Source: Mobula birostris
Taxonomy: Eukaryota
Length of the DNA stretch: 64,000 bases
Direction of reading: 5' to 3'
Assembly (NCBI RefSeq): GCF_030028105.1
Contig: NC_092374.1
Span: 7,339,334-7,403,333, forward strand
Shown in pieces: positions 37,850 to 49,854 of this stretch. Each line of letters starts with the position of its first letter. The stretch's first letter is position 1. Both the position numbers and the translations under genes were made by a program. The notes under the pieces are model-generated. The model was not told where the DNA came from, did not search any database, and was given only the letters and a program-made list of their open reading frames with translations.

Positions 37850-38135
37850 TTCAAAGTTCAATGTACAACCTTAAGATTTGTCTCCTTACAGGCAGCCACA
37901 GAACAAAAAAGCCAAAAGAACCCATCATTACTACAGTCCTGATCGATAAGAACCTGGGCCTCTGTACCTCCCTCTGCAACTGGATCCTCGAATTCCGAAC
38001 CAGAAGGCAGCAATCTGTGCAGGTTGGTAATAACATCTCCACCTCACTGACAATCACCACTGGTGCACCTCACGGATGTGTGCTTAGCCCACTGCTCTAC
38101 TCTCTCTGCACCCATGACTGTGTGGCTAGGCGAAA
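37850..38135 (+). mobile_element. Rex-type RT fragment
   Basis: [39 protein letters not shown]. Confidence 0.8.
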
Positions 38136-39575
38136 GCCATACTCAACACTGGGTGGCAGGTCACGTTGTTGTACTGTTCGTTCTACAATCAGAATTTGGA
38201 GCATTTACCCTTGATACACTTCAGTGCACTTGAGATTTGGGGTATCAGTGCTGGTGATTACCCGTACGATGGTTATTCGTCAGTGAAACTGGAGTTCTTG
38301 GAGGCCGATGTGGGAGTGTCTGAGGTCTATGAGGCCTTGGTGCTGGTTTGCCTGGACCCGGTTGAGACGGGGGGGTGTTTCATTCCTGGCAGGGACCAAC
38401 ACCCCTATAGTACAGAGGCTCATGGAGGCCTGTAAGGAGGATGCGGGTGAGAGTTTTTTGGAGACCCTGTCGATGCACCCAGTGTTTTGAGCTGCTTTTG
38501 AGGAAGTACAGGGTCGCACTGGGCTGGATACTGTGTTTAAACGAGGGACTTTGTAGTGTGCTCAGTCGAAGCCTAGGGCAGTGCGGCCCGGAGAATTAAC
38601 GAGAGTGATGGGGACCCCCAGATTTCCGGAGTGCCTGATGGTGAGGCCCTCTTAGTGGACGCCCCAGAAGACCTTGAGGAGGAGTCATGATTTCTGGCTG
38701 GGGTGCTGGTGAGGCCCGAAGTGCAGAGGCCCTTGGTGGTACAGGCGAGGAGGATGGCTGTGATTGTCAGGAACACTACGAAGAGAGAAAGGACCGTTAA
38801 GAGAGGGATGCCCTGGCGCATTTGTTCCCGGTGACAGTAATGTCTGGTGCCCCCGTGAGGCACAGCTGGGGGAAACTATTGGTAAACAAGGAAAGGTTGA
38901 CTGCTGAGGCCTTTAATTTTGGGGACTCTCCTGTACCGCCGGGTTGGAAGCAAAGGCTGGTGGAGAAGATGTTGAAGCTGGAAGATATCTTTTCACTTGG
39001 CAAGTTTGATGTGGGTTGTTCCAAGAGCACCCGACACACCATCCGAATGACTGAGAAAAGTCGCGGTGACTGGCCCCTGCAGACGTGGAAGACGTGCAGC
39101 AGTATTTGTGTAAGTTGAAGGAAGCTGCAATCATCACTGAATCTCGAAGCCCTTATGCGTCCCCAATAGTAGTGGCCTAGAAGAAAAACAGGAAGGTGCA
39201 CGTGTGTGTGGACTATAGGACCCTGAATAGGCGCACTGTCCCTGACCAGTGTATGGTTCCAGGGATCGAAGATAGCTGGCCTGTCTGAATGGGGAAAAGT
39301 GGTTTAGTGTACCGGACTTGCGGAGTAGATATTACCAGATCCTGATGAGTGAAGCCAATAAGGAGAAGACGGCACTTATATGCCATCTGGGATTTTTCCA
39401 GTTTGAAAGGATGCGCAGGACATATGGTGAGCCCTGCTACTTCCCTGAGGGTCATGGAGAAGACGGTGGGAGATAGGAACTTGCTTGAAGTGTTGGTATA
39501 CCTGGATGACTTGATAGTATTTGGATCCACCTTAGAAGAACACGAAGCGAGGCTACAGAAGGTGCTAAGCCGACA

Positions 39576-40065
39576 GTGCTATCATGTTTGCTGTTGTGTG
39601 CTGGGGCAGCAGGCTGAGGGTAGCAGACACCAACAGAATCAACAAACTCATTCGTAAGGCCAGTGATGTTGTGGGGATGTAACTGGGCTCTCTGATGGTG
39701 GTGTCTGAAAAGAGGATGCTGTCTAAGTTGCATGCCATCTTGGTCAATGTCTCCCATCCACTGAATAATGTACTGGGTGGGCACAGGAGTACATTCAGCC
39801 AGAGACTTATTCCACGGAGATGCAACACAGAGCGTCATAGGAAGTCATTCCTGCCTGTGGCCATCAAACTTTGCAACTCCTCCCTTGGAGGGTCAGACAC
39901 CCTGAGCCAATAGGCTGGTCCTGGACTTATTTCATAATTTACTGACATAATTTACATATTATTATTTAACTATTTATGGTTCTATTACGATTTATTATTT
40001 ATGGAGCAGCTGTAATAAAAACCAATTTCCCCTGGGATCAATAAAGTATGACTATGACTATGACT
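39576..40065 (-). mobile_element. LINE 3' fragments inserted in the Gypsy RT
   Basis: Rex-type ORF piece 39695-39913 (SHPL..RCNTERHRKSFLPVAIKL, plus strand) ending in a (tatgac)n tail near 40050; interrupts colinear Gypsy RT. Strand assignment mixed. Confidence 0.6.
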
Positions 40066-40665
40066 GAAGGAGGAAGGGTTAAAACTTTCCTTGGATAAGT
40101 GCCAGTTCTGCAAGACGTCAGTTAGCTATGTTGGGTGCATAATCTCACGGATTGGAGTAGCTACGACCTGGCTAAGATAGAAGCGGTGACCACGTGGCCG
40201 AGGCCCCAGACTGTGAGCACTCTGCGCTCGTACTTGGGGTTCTGTGGTTATTATCGGAGATTCGTGAAGGGCTACGCCAAAGTGAGTCACCCCTTGAACC
40301 ATCTTCTGCGTGGTTACCCTCCCTTGGGGAAGAAAGGGAAAGGAAAAAGAGGACAGGAGGTTGGAGAATATCTAAACCCGTTGGAGCCCTTCGGACAGGG
40401 GTGGGATGCAAAATGTGAGGAGGCTCTTCAGTCGCTGAAAGAGTCGCTGACCCAGACACCGGTGCTGGCTTTTGCAGACCCCCGATTGCCTGATGTACAG
40501 CACACCGATGCCAGCTGAGAGGGATTAGGGGCCGTCCTATATTAGGGTTAGGGCACCGGGTTGAGGCCTGTAGCGTTTGTCAGCCAGAGTTTGTCGCCCT
40601 CCGAGAGAAACTATCCTACCCACAAGTTGGAGTTCCTGGCATTGAAATGGGTTGTGGTGGATAAA

Positions 40666-43600
40666 CATAGAACATAGAATAGTACAGCACAGTACAGGCC
40701 CTTCAGCCCACAATGTTGTACCAACCCTTAAACCTTGTCTCCCATATAATCCTCCACCTTAAATTCCTCCATATACCTGTCTAGTAGTCTCTTAAACTTC
40801 ACTAGTGTATCTGTCTCCACCACTGACTCAGGCAGTGCATTCCATGCACCAACCACTCTCTGAGTAAAAAACCTTCCTCTAATATCCCCCTTGAACTTCC
40901 CACTCCTTACCTTAAAGCTATGTCCTCTTGTATTGAGCAGTGGTGCCCTGGGGAAGAGGTGCTGGCTGTCCACTCTATCTATTCCTCTTACTATCTTGTA
41001 CACCTCTATCATGTCTCCTCTCATCCTCCTTCTCTCCAAAGAGTAAAGCCCTAACTCCCTTAATCTCTGATCATAATGCATACTCTCTAAACCAGGCAAC
41101 ATCCTGGTAAATCTGCTCTGGACCCTTTCCAATGCTTCCACATCCTTTCAATAGTGAGGCAACCAGAAACGGACACAGTACTCCAAGTGTGGCCTAACCA
41201 GGGTTTTATAGAACTGCATCATTACCTCACAACTCTTAAACTCCATCCCTCGACTTATGAAAGCTAACACCCCATAAGCTTTCTTAACTACCCTATCTAC
41301 CTGTAAGGCAACTTACAGGGACCTGTGGACATGTACCCCCAGATCTCTCTGCTCCTCCACACTACCAAGTATCCTGCTATTTACTCTGTACTCTGCCTTG
41401 GAGTTTGTCCTTCCAAAGTGTACCACCTCACACTTCTCCGGGTTGAACACCATCTGCCACTTCTCAGCCCACTTCAGCATCCTATCAATGTCTCTCTGCA
41501 ATCTTCGACAATCCTCTGCACTATCTACAACACCACCAACCTTTGTGTCATCTGCAAACTTGCCAGCCCACCCTTCTACCCCCACATCCAGGTCATTAAT
41601 AAAAATCACGAAAAGTAGGGGTCCCAGAACTGATCCTTGTGGGACACCACTAGTCACATCCCTCCAATCCAAATGTACTCCCTCCACCATGACCCTCTGC
41701 TTTCCGCAGGCATGCTAATTATGAATCCACCTGACCAAACCTCTCTGGATCCCACGTCTTCTGATTTTCTGAGTAAGCCTACCATGTGAAACCTTGTCAA
41801 AAGCCTTACTAAAATCCACGTAGATCACATCCACTGCAGTACCCTCATCTATATGCCTGCTCACCTTCTCAAAGCACTCTATCAGGCTTGTTAGACATGA
41901 TCTGCCCTTTACAAAGCCATGCTGACTGTCCTTGATCAGACCATGATTCTCTAAATGCTCGTGGGTCCTATCTTTTAAAATCTTTTCCAACAGCTTAAGG
42001 CTCACAGGTCTATACTTACCCGGACTATCCTTACTACCATTTTTGAACAAGGGGACAACATTCGCCTCCCTCCAATCCTCCGGTACCATTCCCGTGGACA
42101 ACGAGGACATAAAGATCCTAGCCAGAGGCTCAGCAATCTCTTACGTTGCCTCGCGGAGCAGCCTGGGGAATATTCCGTCATGCCCCGGGGACTTAACTGT
42201 CCTAATGTATTTTAACAACTCCAACACCTCCTCTCCCTTAATATCAACATGCTCCAGAACATCATCCTCACTCATATTGTCCTCACCATCATCAAGTTCC
42301 CTCTCATTAGTGAATACCAAAGAGAAGTATTCATCGAGGACCTCACTCACTTAGAAACCATAGAAACTACAGCACAGAAACAGGCCTTTTGGCCCTTCTT
42401 GGCTGTGCCGAACCATTTTCTGCCTAGTCCCACTGACCTGCACACGGACCATATCCCTCTATACACCTCCCATCCATGTATCTGTCCAATTTATTCTTAA
42501 ATGTTAAAAAAGAACCCGCATTTACCACCTCGTCTGGCAGCTAATTCCATACTCCCACCACTCTCTGTGTGAAGAAGCCCCCCCTAATGTTCCCTTTAAA
42601 CTTTTCCCCCCTCACCCTTAACCCATGTCTTCTGGTTTTTTTCTCCCCTTGCCTCAGTGGAAAAAGCCTGCTTGCATTCACTCTATCTATACCCATCATA
42701 ATTTTATATACCTCTATCAAATCTCCCCTCATTCTTCTACGTTCCAGGGAATAAAGTCCTAACCTATTCAACCTTTCTCTGTAACTGAGTTTCTCAAGTC
42801 CCGGCAACATCCTTGTAAACCTTCTCTGCACTCTTTCAACCTTATTTATATCCTTCCTGTAATTTAGTGACCAAAACTGAACACAATACTCCAGATTCGG
42901 CCTCACCAATGCCTTATACAACCTCATCATAACATTCCAGCTCTTATACTCAATACTTTGATTAATAAAGGCCAATGTACCAAAAGCCCTCTTTACGACC
43001 CTATCTACCTGTGACGCCACTTTTAGGGAATTTTGTATCTGTATTCCCAGATCCCTCTGTTCCACTGCACTCCTCAGTGCCTTACCATTAACCCTATATG
43101 TTCTCCCTTGGTTTGTCCTTCCAACGTGCAATACCTCACACTTGTCAGTATTAAACTCCATCTGCCATTTTTCAGCCCATTTTTCCAACTGGTCCAAGTC
43201 CCTCTGCAGGCTCTGAAAACCTTCCTCACTGTCTACTACACCTCCAATCTTTGTATCATCAGCAAACTTGCTGATTCAATTTACCACATTATCATCCAGA
43301 TCATTGATATAGATGACAAATAACAATGGACCCAGCACTGATCCCTGTGGCACACCACTAGTCACAGGCCTCCACTCAGAGAAGCAATTCTCTACCACCA
43401 CTCTCTGGCTTCTTCCATCGAGCCAATGTCTAATCCATTTTACCACCTCTCCATGTATACCTAGTGACTGAATTTTCCTAACTAACCTCCCATGCGGGAC
43501 CTCGTCAAAGGCTTTACTGAAGTCCATGTAGACAATATCCACTGCCTTCCCTTCATCCACTTTCCTGGTAACCTCCTCGAAAAACTCCAATAGATTGGTC

Positions 43601-46285
43601 AAACATGACCTACCACGCACAAAGCCATGTTGACTCTCCCTAATAAGTCCCTGTCTATCCAAATGCTTGTAGATTCTGTCTCTTAGTACTCCCTCCAATA
43701 ACTTGCCTACTACTGATGTGAAACTCACCCGCCTATAATTTCCTGGATTACTTTTCGATCCTTTTTTAAACAACGGAACAACATGAGCCACTCTCCAATC
43801 CTCCGGCACTTCACCCATAGACAGCAACATTTTAAATATTTCTGCCAGGGCCCCCGCAATTTCAACACTAGTCTCCTTCAAGGTCCGAGGGAACACTCTG
43901 TCAGGTCCCGGGGATTTATCCACTTTAATTTTCCTCAAGACAGCAAGTACCTCCTCCTTTTCAATCTGTACAGTTTCCATGGTCTCACTGCTTGATTCCC
44001 TCAATTCCATAGATTTCATGCCAGCTTCCTTAGTAAATACAGACGCAAAAAACCTATTTAGGATCTCCCCCATTTCCTTTGGTTCCGCACATAGCTGACC
44101 ACTCTGATCTTCAAGAGGACCAATTTTATCCCTTACAATCCTTTTGCTCTTAATATACTTGTAAAAGCTCTTTGGATTATCCTTCACTTTGACTGCCAAG
44201 GCAACCTCATGTCTTCTTTTAGCCGTCCTGATTTCTTTCTTAAGTATTTTCTTGCACTTCTTATACTCCTCAAGCACCTGATTTACTCCCTGTTTCCTAT
44301 ACATTTCATACAACTCCCTCTTCTTCTTTATCAGAGTTGCAATATCCCTTGAGAACCAAGGTTCCTTATTCCTATTCAATTTGCCTTTAATCCTGACAGG
44401 AACATACAAACTCTGCACTCTCAAAATTTCCCCTTTGAAGGCTTCCCACCTACCAATCACATCTTTGCCAGAAAACAACCTGTCCCAACCCACGCTTTTT
44501 AGATCCTTTCTCATTTCTTCAAATTTGGCCTTCTTCCAGTTCAGAACCTCAACCCTAGGACCAGATCTATCCTTGTCCATGATCAAATTGAAACTAATGT
44601 TGTTATGATCACTGGAACCAAAGTGCTCCACTACACAGACTTCTGTCACTTGCCCTAATTCGTTTCCTAACAGGAGATCCAATATTGCATCCCCTCTAGT
44701 TGATCCCTCTATATATTGATTTAGAAAACTTTCCTGAACACATTTTACAAACTCTAAACCATCTAGACCCCTAACAGTATAGGAGTCCCAATCAATGTAT
44801 GGAAAATTAAAATCCCCTACTACCACAACTTTATGTTTCCTGCAGTTGACTGCTATCTCTCTGCAGATTTGCTCTTCCAAGTCTCGTTGACTGTAATACA
44901 ACGGTGGTCTGTAATACAATCCCACTAATGTGGCCATACCTTTCCTGTTTCTCAGCTCCACCCACAAGGACTCAGTAGACAAGCCCTCTAATCTGTCCTG
45001 CCTGAGCACTGCTGTAATATTTTCCCTAACAAGCAATGCTACTCCCCCACCTTTCATTCCCCCACCTTCCACAGCCTCCAGGCACATCTTCCCATCTTTA
45101 TCTCTAATCGGTCCTACCTTCACTCCTGTCATCCTTCTTTTCTTCGCATAATTGAAGAACGCCTTGGGGTTTTCCTTTACCCTACTCACCAAGGCCTTCT
45201 CATGCCCCCTTCTTGCTCTCCTCAGCCCCTTCTTAAGCTCCTTTCTTGCTACCCTATATTCCTCAATAGACCCATCTGATCCTTGCTTCCTAAACCTCAT
45301 GTATGCTGCCTTCTTGCACCTGACTAGATCTTCCACCTCACTTGTCACCCATGGTTCCTTCACCCTCCCATTCTTTATCTTCCTCACCGGGATAAATTTA
45401 TCCCTAACATCCTGCGAGAGATCCCTAAACATCGACCACATGTCCTTAGTACATTTCCCTGCAATAACAATATCCCAATTCACACCCACAAGTTCTAGCC
45501 TTATAGCCTCATAATTTGCCCTTCCCCAATTAAAAATTTTCCTGTCCTTTCTGATTCTATCCTTTTCCATGATAATGCTAAAGGCCAGGGAGCAGTGGTC
45601 ACTGTCCCCCAGATGCTCTCCCACTGAAAGATCTGTGACCTGACCCCATTTATTACCTAATACTAGATCTAGTATGGCATTCCCCCAATCCTGTCAACAT
45701 ACTGTGACAGGAATCCATCCTGGACACACTTAACAAACTCTGCCCCGTCTAAACCATTGTAACTAATCAGGTGCCAATCAATATTAGGGAAGTTAAAGTC
45801 ACCCTTGATAAAAACCCTGTTGTTTTTGCACTTCTCCAAAATCTGCCTCCCAATCTGCTCCTCTGTATCTCTGCTGCTACCAGGGGGCCTATAGAATACT
45901 CCCAATAGAGTATTCCACCCATACTGACTCAAAAGAGGATCCTGCTTCATTACCCACCCTTTCTGTAGCTGTCATAGTATCCCTGACCAGTAATGCCCAA
46001 CCCTTCTCTGCTTTCCCCCCTCTCTATCCCTTTTAAAGAACTGAAATCCTGGAATATTGAGAATCCATTCCTGCCCTGGTGCCAGCCAAGTCTCTGTAAT
46101 GGCCACTACATCATAATTCCATGAATGTATCCAAGCTCTCAGTTCATCACCTTTGTTCCTGATGCTTCTTGCATTGAGGTACACGCACTTCAGCCCTTCT
46201 ACCTTACTACCTTTACACCCTTTATTCTGCTTCTCTTTCCTCAAAGCCCCTTTATATGTTAGATCTGGCTTTTCTCCATGCACTA
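40666..46285 (-). mobile_element. CR1 of the same family as 7482-11782, with internal deletions, split by another CR1
   Basis: 40666-42350 (RT pieces 40728-41141, 41313-41690, 41715-42110) and ~45061-46285 (EN pieces); near-colinear with 7490-10430. Confidence 0.9.
42351..45060 (-). mobile_element. 5'-truncated CR1 (family of 34721-37170) nested in the previous CR1
   Basis: Tail revcomp agaaaccatagaaac at ~42353; RT ORF 42541-43197; EN-RT in 43276-45060. Confidence 0.9.
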
Positions 46286-46569
46286 TGCCTGCAGTTCTCG
46301 CATGACCTTTACCTTATTGCCGCCGAACAATTGATACGAGAGCGTACAATTATCACAGCGATATTTGATTCTGCGCTTCGCTCTCCCTGGAGTACAAATC
46401 GACAGTAAATAGTAAACATTTAAATTATAAATCATAAATTAAAAATAGAAAAGGGAAAGTAAGGTAGTGTAAAAAAAAAACGAGAGGCAGGTCCGGATAT
46501 TTGGAGGGTACGGCCCAGTTCCGGGTCAGGATCCGTTCAGCAGTCTTATCAGAGTTGGAAAGAAACTGT

Positions 46570-47279
46570 TCTTTATCTTCCTCCACCTCACTATCTGCTC
46601 TAACACTCTGGTTCCCCTCCCCCTGCAAATTTAGTTTAAACCCCCCGGAGCAGCACTAGCAAACCTTCCCGCAAGGATGCTAGTCCCCCTCCAGTTCAAA
46701 TGCAAACCGTCCCGTCGGAACAGGTCCCACCTTCCCTGGAACAAAGCCCAATTGTCCAGAAACATGAAGCTCTCCCTCCTGCACCATCTCCTTAGCCACG
46801 TATTTAGCTGCATTATCTTCCTATTTCTAGCCTCACTAGCACGTGGCACGGGTAGCAATCCTGAGATTGCAACTCTGGAGGTCCTGTCCTTCAACTTTGC
46901 ACCCAACTCCCTAAACTTTCTTTGCAGGACCTCCTCCTCCTTCCTATCCATGTCATTGGTCTCTGCATGGACCACGACATCTGGCTACTCACCCTCCCTC
47001 CTGAGAATACCGAGAACTCGATCCGAGATGTCGTGGACCCTGGCACCAGGGAGGCAACAGACCATCCGGGATTCTCGATCTCTTCCATAGAACCTCTTAT
47101 CTGTCCCCCTAACTGTCGAATCCCCTATCACTACTGCTCTCCTCTTTTCCCCCCTTCCCTTCTGAGCTGAGGGTCCCGTCTCGGTGCCAGAGACGTGACC
47201 ACTACAACTTGTCCCGGGTACGTTGTCCCCACCAACAGTATCCGAAACGGTATACTTAGTATTGATGGGAACGGCCTCC
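46570..47279 (-). mobile_element. CR1 ORF1 esterase fragment
   Basis: ORF 46631-46975 (VAISGLLPVP..LHLNWRG) and AVVIGDS upstream. Confidence 0.85.
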
Positions 47280-48394
47280 TCTACGGGGCCAAGTTTGAGG
47301 TGAGGATGGACAACAACCCGTTCACTTACATCCTGACCTCGGCGAAACTGGATGCTACAGGCCGTCGGTGGTTGGCGGCATTGTCGGTTTATGATTTCAG
47401 CCTGAAGTAACGAAGACACTTTGTCCCGACGGATGCATGAGGAACTGGAGAGGGACGAGGAGTGGGAGAGCGTTCCTGCCCCTGGGGTGAAGGCCATGTG
47501 TCCGTTTGCTATCACCGTGAAGGCCGAGGAAAAGGAAAGGCTGGATCACGCAGTGGACCATTGGGGGTTTCTGATGACACCCTGCCCTCAGTTTACTGTG
47601 ACCTGACTGCTCTGAAGACTAAGCAGTTGCCGGAGTTAAGTCCTGGGGAAGTGGCAACTGCTCAGCGAGATGACCCGGGCATTGGCGCTATTTGTTATGC
47701 GGTGGAAAAGGGGGATATGGCGCGGGCGGAGAAGGCGAAACACGTTTGGGTGTCTCCACTACTGAGGGAATGGCCTCGGTTGAAGTTGAAGAACCAAATT
47801 TTATACCGAGTAACGTCACTCCCGGACCGACCTCGGGGCGATGGAAGAGCCCACCGCAAAAGAGACTGCCCAGCCCCGGAAAGGGATACTGATTCGGAAG
47901 GCGATGATTCGGATGAGTGGTACATGCTGCCGTTCGCTAACTTCCCCGTGAGGGAGGAAGAGACTCCAGGCCCTTCTCCCACTGCGTCAGGGGAGGTGAG
48001 GGGGGCTACGGTGGACAACAGAGAGTGCAGCCGGCCTCTGGAGGAGAGGGAGGGAGGCCCGAACCCGGGACAGGGGACTCCGAGTTGCAGAGGGGTTTGA
48101 GTGACAGGTCACGGGAGGTTTCGCCAGGTAGCCCCGAAGTGTCTCCAGTAGTGGCTGAGCCGGAAGAGTTAGAAGAGGGGGTACTACGGAGGTCTCAGCG
48201 AATTAGGACATCACCCCCCCCCCACCCCCGGAGGGGTTGGCCTATGTAGCACCTGGAGAAAAGGATGTGATCTCTCCTGTTTTGGGGAGCTAATTCACTG
48301 CTTTCTGCACTTCGATCGGGCTCTGTTTTTACAGGAAGAGTTGGCAAATTATTTGAACGTCATGAGGACATGACTAAATTCGGTGGGGGGAGAA

Positions 48395-49008
48395 TGTAGG
48401 GTTCTCAGTAATATTAACTGTTAACTGCTAAAATAAAATGGCTTCTCTGTAGTGTTATAATGAAATGGTTTCTCTGTAATGTTAACTGATGAGGTAATGT
48501 TTCTTTGTAGCTGAAATGTTTGGGTTATAACTATAGAGATAATGGGGAACTAACCAATGGAAGTTATGTTACTCTATCTGTATGTGTGGGAACCTGAGTG
48601 AGTGCGCAGGACGTTTCGGGAGGAGAGGCGAAGAGGAAGGACGTGCTGGGAGCGCTCTGGTAGACCACCGTGGTTGGTCCCAGTCCGAGGGTCGCGGAGT
48701 TCGGAGGAAATGGAATGGTGGAGAGAAGACCCTGTTCCTTGAGCTCCAGCGATTGTGCACGAACTGTTTAACTTTGATAGAGTGGCGCCTTTTTCTTTTA
48801 TATTTTGTTTCCCCACTAATCACATAGTCACGGTTAGATTTATAAAGTGTAATCATTTAATCGCTTATTGTGTACTGTCTGATGTTTGCATTCTGGGTCT
48901 GTACTGGGGTACATTACACAGCATCCGCACAAACTCGATTACCCAGGTTGGCGGAGCTGAGGGTTCTTCCCCTGGACGAACACGAGCTGAGCGAGTCGGA
49001 GGCTCACA
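48395..49008 (+). mobile_element. 3' LTR of Gypsy A
   Basis: Polypurine tract ggtggggggagaa (48382-48394), then TGTAGG...; ends ggctcaCA. End position inferred. Confidence 0.7.
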
Positions 49009-49214
49009 AATATCCGTATACACTTACTGTGATTCAATTTTTCTGTATTATTATGTATTGCATTGTACTGTCGCCACAAAGTTAACAAGTTTCACGACAA
49101 ATGCCGGTGATATTAAGCTTGGTTCTGATTCTGAAGACCGTCGAACAGCCAATGTACAGAGGGGAAAAATCGTGAAAACAATAAAAGTAAGCAAATAGCA
49201 TTCAGAACTGAAGA

Positions 49215-49290
49215 ACGCACAGACAGCGGCGAGAATTGAACCTGGGTCACAGGGACTGTGAAGCATCATGCTAACCACCACGCTACAGCT
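49215..49290 (-). mobile_element. tRNA-derived SINE head
   Basis: Minus strand gtagcgtggtggttagcatg..GGTTCAATTC (A and B boxes); no complete cloverleaf or CCA stem supported. Confidence 0.65.
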
Positions 49291-49542
49291 TCGCTCCAAA
49301 TTCCAGACCACCCAGGCTTGGAATTGTGCCCGGCCTTTAACTTGGACGTCTCTCCCCAGTAGTACTGGGGTTCATCGTCACCAGCAGGCAGTCCACCCCA
49401 GCACTCAGGGAAGGACAGGGTCCCAACACCAACCCTCCACTGGCAGAACCAACGTCTAAGTCGATCGCGCTTCACCAGAAAGTAAAACGAGCCTTTAGGA
49501 GAGAGACAACGAGGAGATAGGCGGACAATGGAAAACACCTAC

Positions 49543-49603
49543 TGTATCCCCGGACTGAGACGGACAACAGGACCGTGCAGAGACAAACCCGGAGAGAGAG
49601 CAT
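49543..49603 (-). CDS. Candidate signal-peptide (leader) exon: MLSLRVCLCTVLLSVSVRGY plus 1 nt
   Basis: ATG at 49603 in gaaATG context; n-region Arg, hydrophobic core VCLCTVLLSVSV, small residue at VRG; donor CA|GTAGGT leaves phase 1, matching both V acceptors; lies in a non-repeat, CpG-containing island. No transcript evidence. Confidence 0.65.
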
Positions 49604-49850
49604 TTCCAGCGCTTCGATATGGAGTCCGCTCACGCTTCAGTTCTTTCTTTATTCCCTGTCGCTGAAATACAGAAGCTGCTCAATTTGCTTCTTCATTTCC
49701 TGAAAAAACTCTCAGGAACTGTCGAAGTTAGTGGCTGGTAGGAAGTAATTTCAACACAGTGCACTTTCTCACGACGGTAGTGACAAACTCTTTGCGTTTA
49801 CTGGAAGCAAATTTTATGCAAGTACCGAGCTGAGCAAAAGTCTGAGGCAT
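49604..49850 (-). promoter_or_regulatory. Putative 5'UTR / TATA-less promoter with clustered ETS cores
   Basis: GGAA cores at 49697-49700 (GGAAATGAAG on minus, ETS/IRF-composite-like), 49715-49718, 49741-49744 and ~49803; unique sequence directly upstream of the leader ATG. Confidence 0.35.
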
Positions 49851-49854
49851 ATAC

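Larger units (their letters stand above)
38200..49008 (+). mobile_element. Decayed Gypsy LTR retrotransposon A (gag/pol remnants, PPT, 3' LTR), interrupted by nested LINEs
   Basis: RT pieces 39100-39575 (YASPIV, VYLDDLIVFG), 40135-40665 (YLGFCGYYRRFV, RNase H), resuming near 47280 (LYGAKFEVRMDNNPFTYILTSAKLDATGRRW); integrase mostly deleted; no 5' LTR found; start approximate. Confidence 0.88.

Noticed and set aside
43276-45624. 782-aa ORF with two endonuclease-like segments plus RT
   Set aside because: Chance in-frame fusion of a nested CR1 with its host CR1 at ~45060, not a novel domain architecture.
36775-49290. tRNA genes at ~36900-36990 and ~49215-49290
   Set aside because: Only A/B-box heads attached to non-tRNA bodies, consistent with SINEs.
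49755-49791. RSS-like CACAGTG followed by ACAAACTCT near the leader
   Set aside because: Spacer is 21 nt, the nonamer matches only 6/9, no V/D/J segment abuts it, and both V exons end in splice donors rather than RSSs. No evidence for rearrangement.
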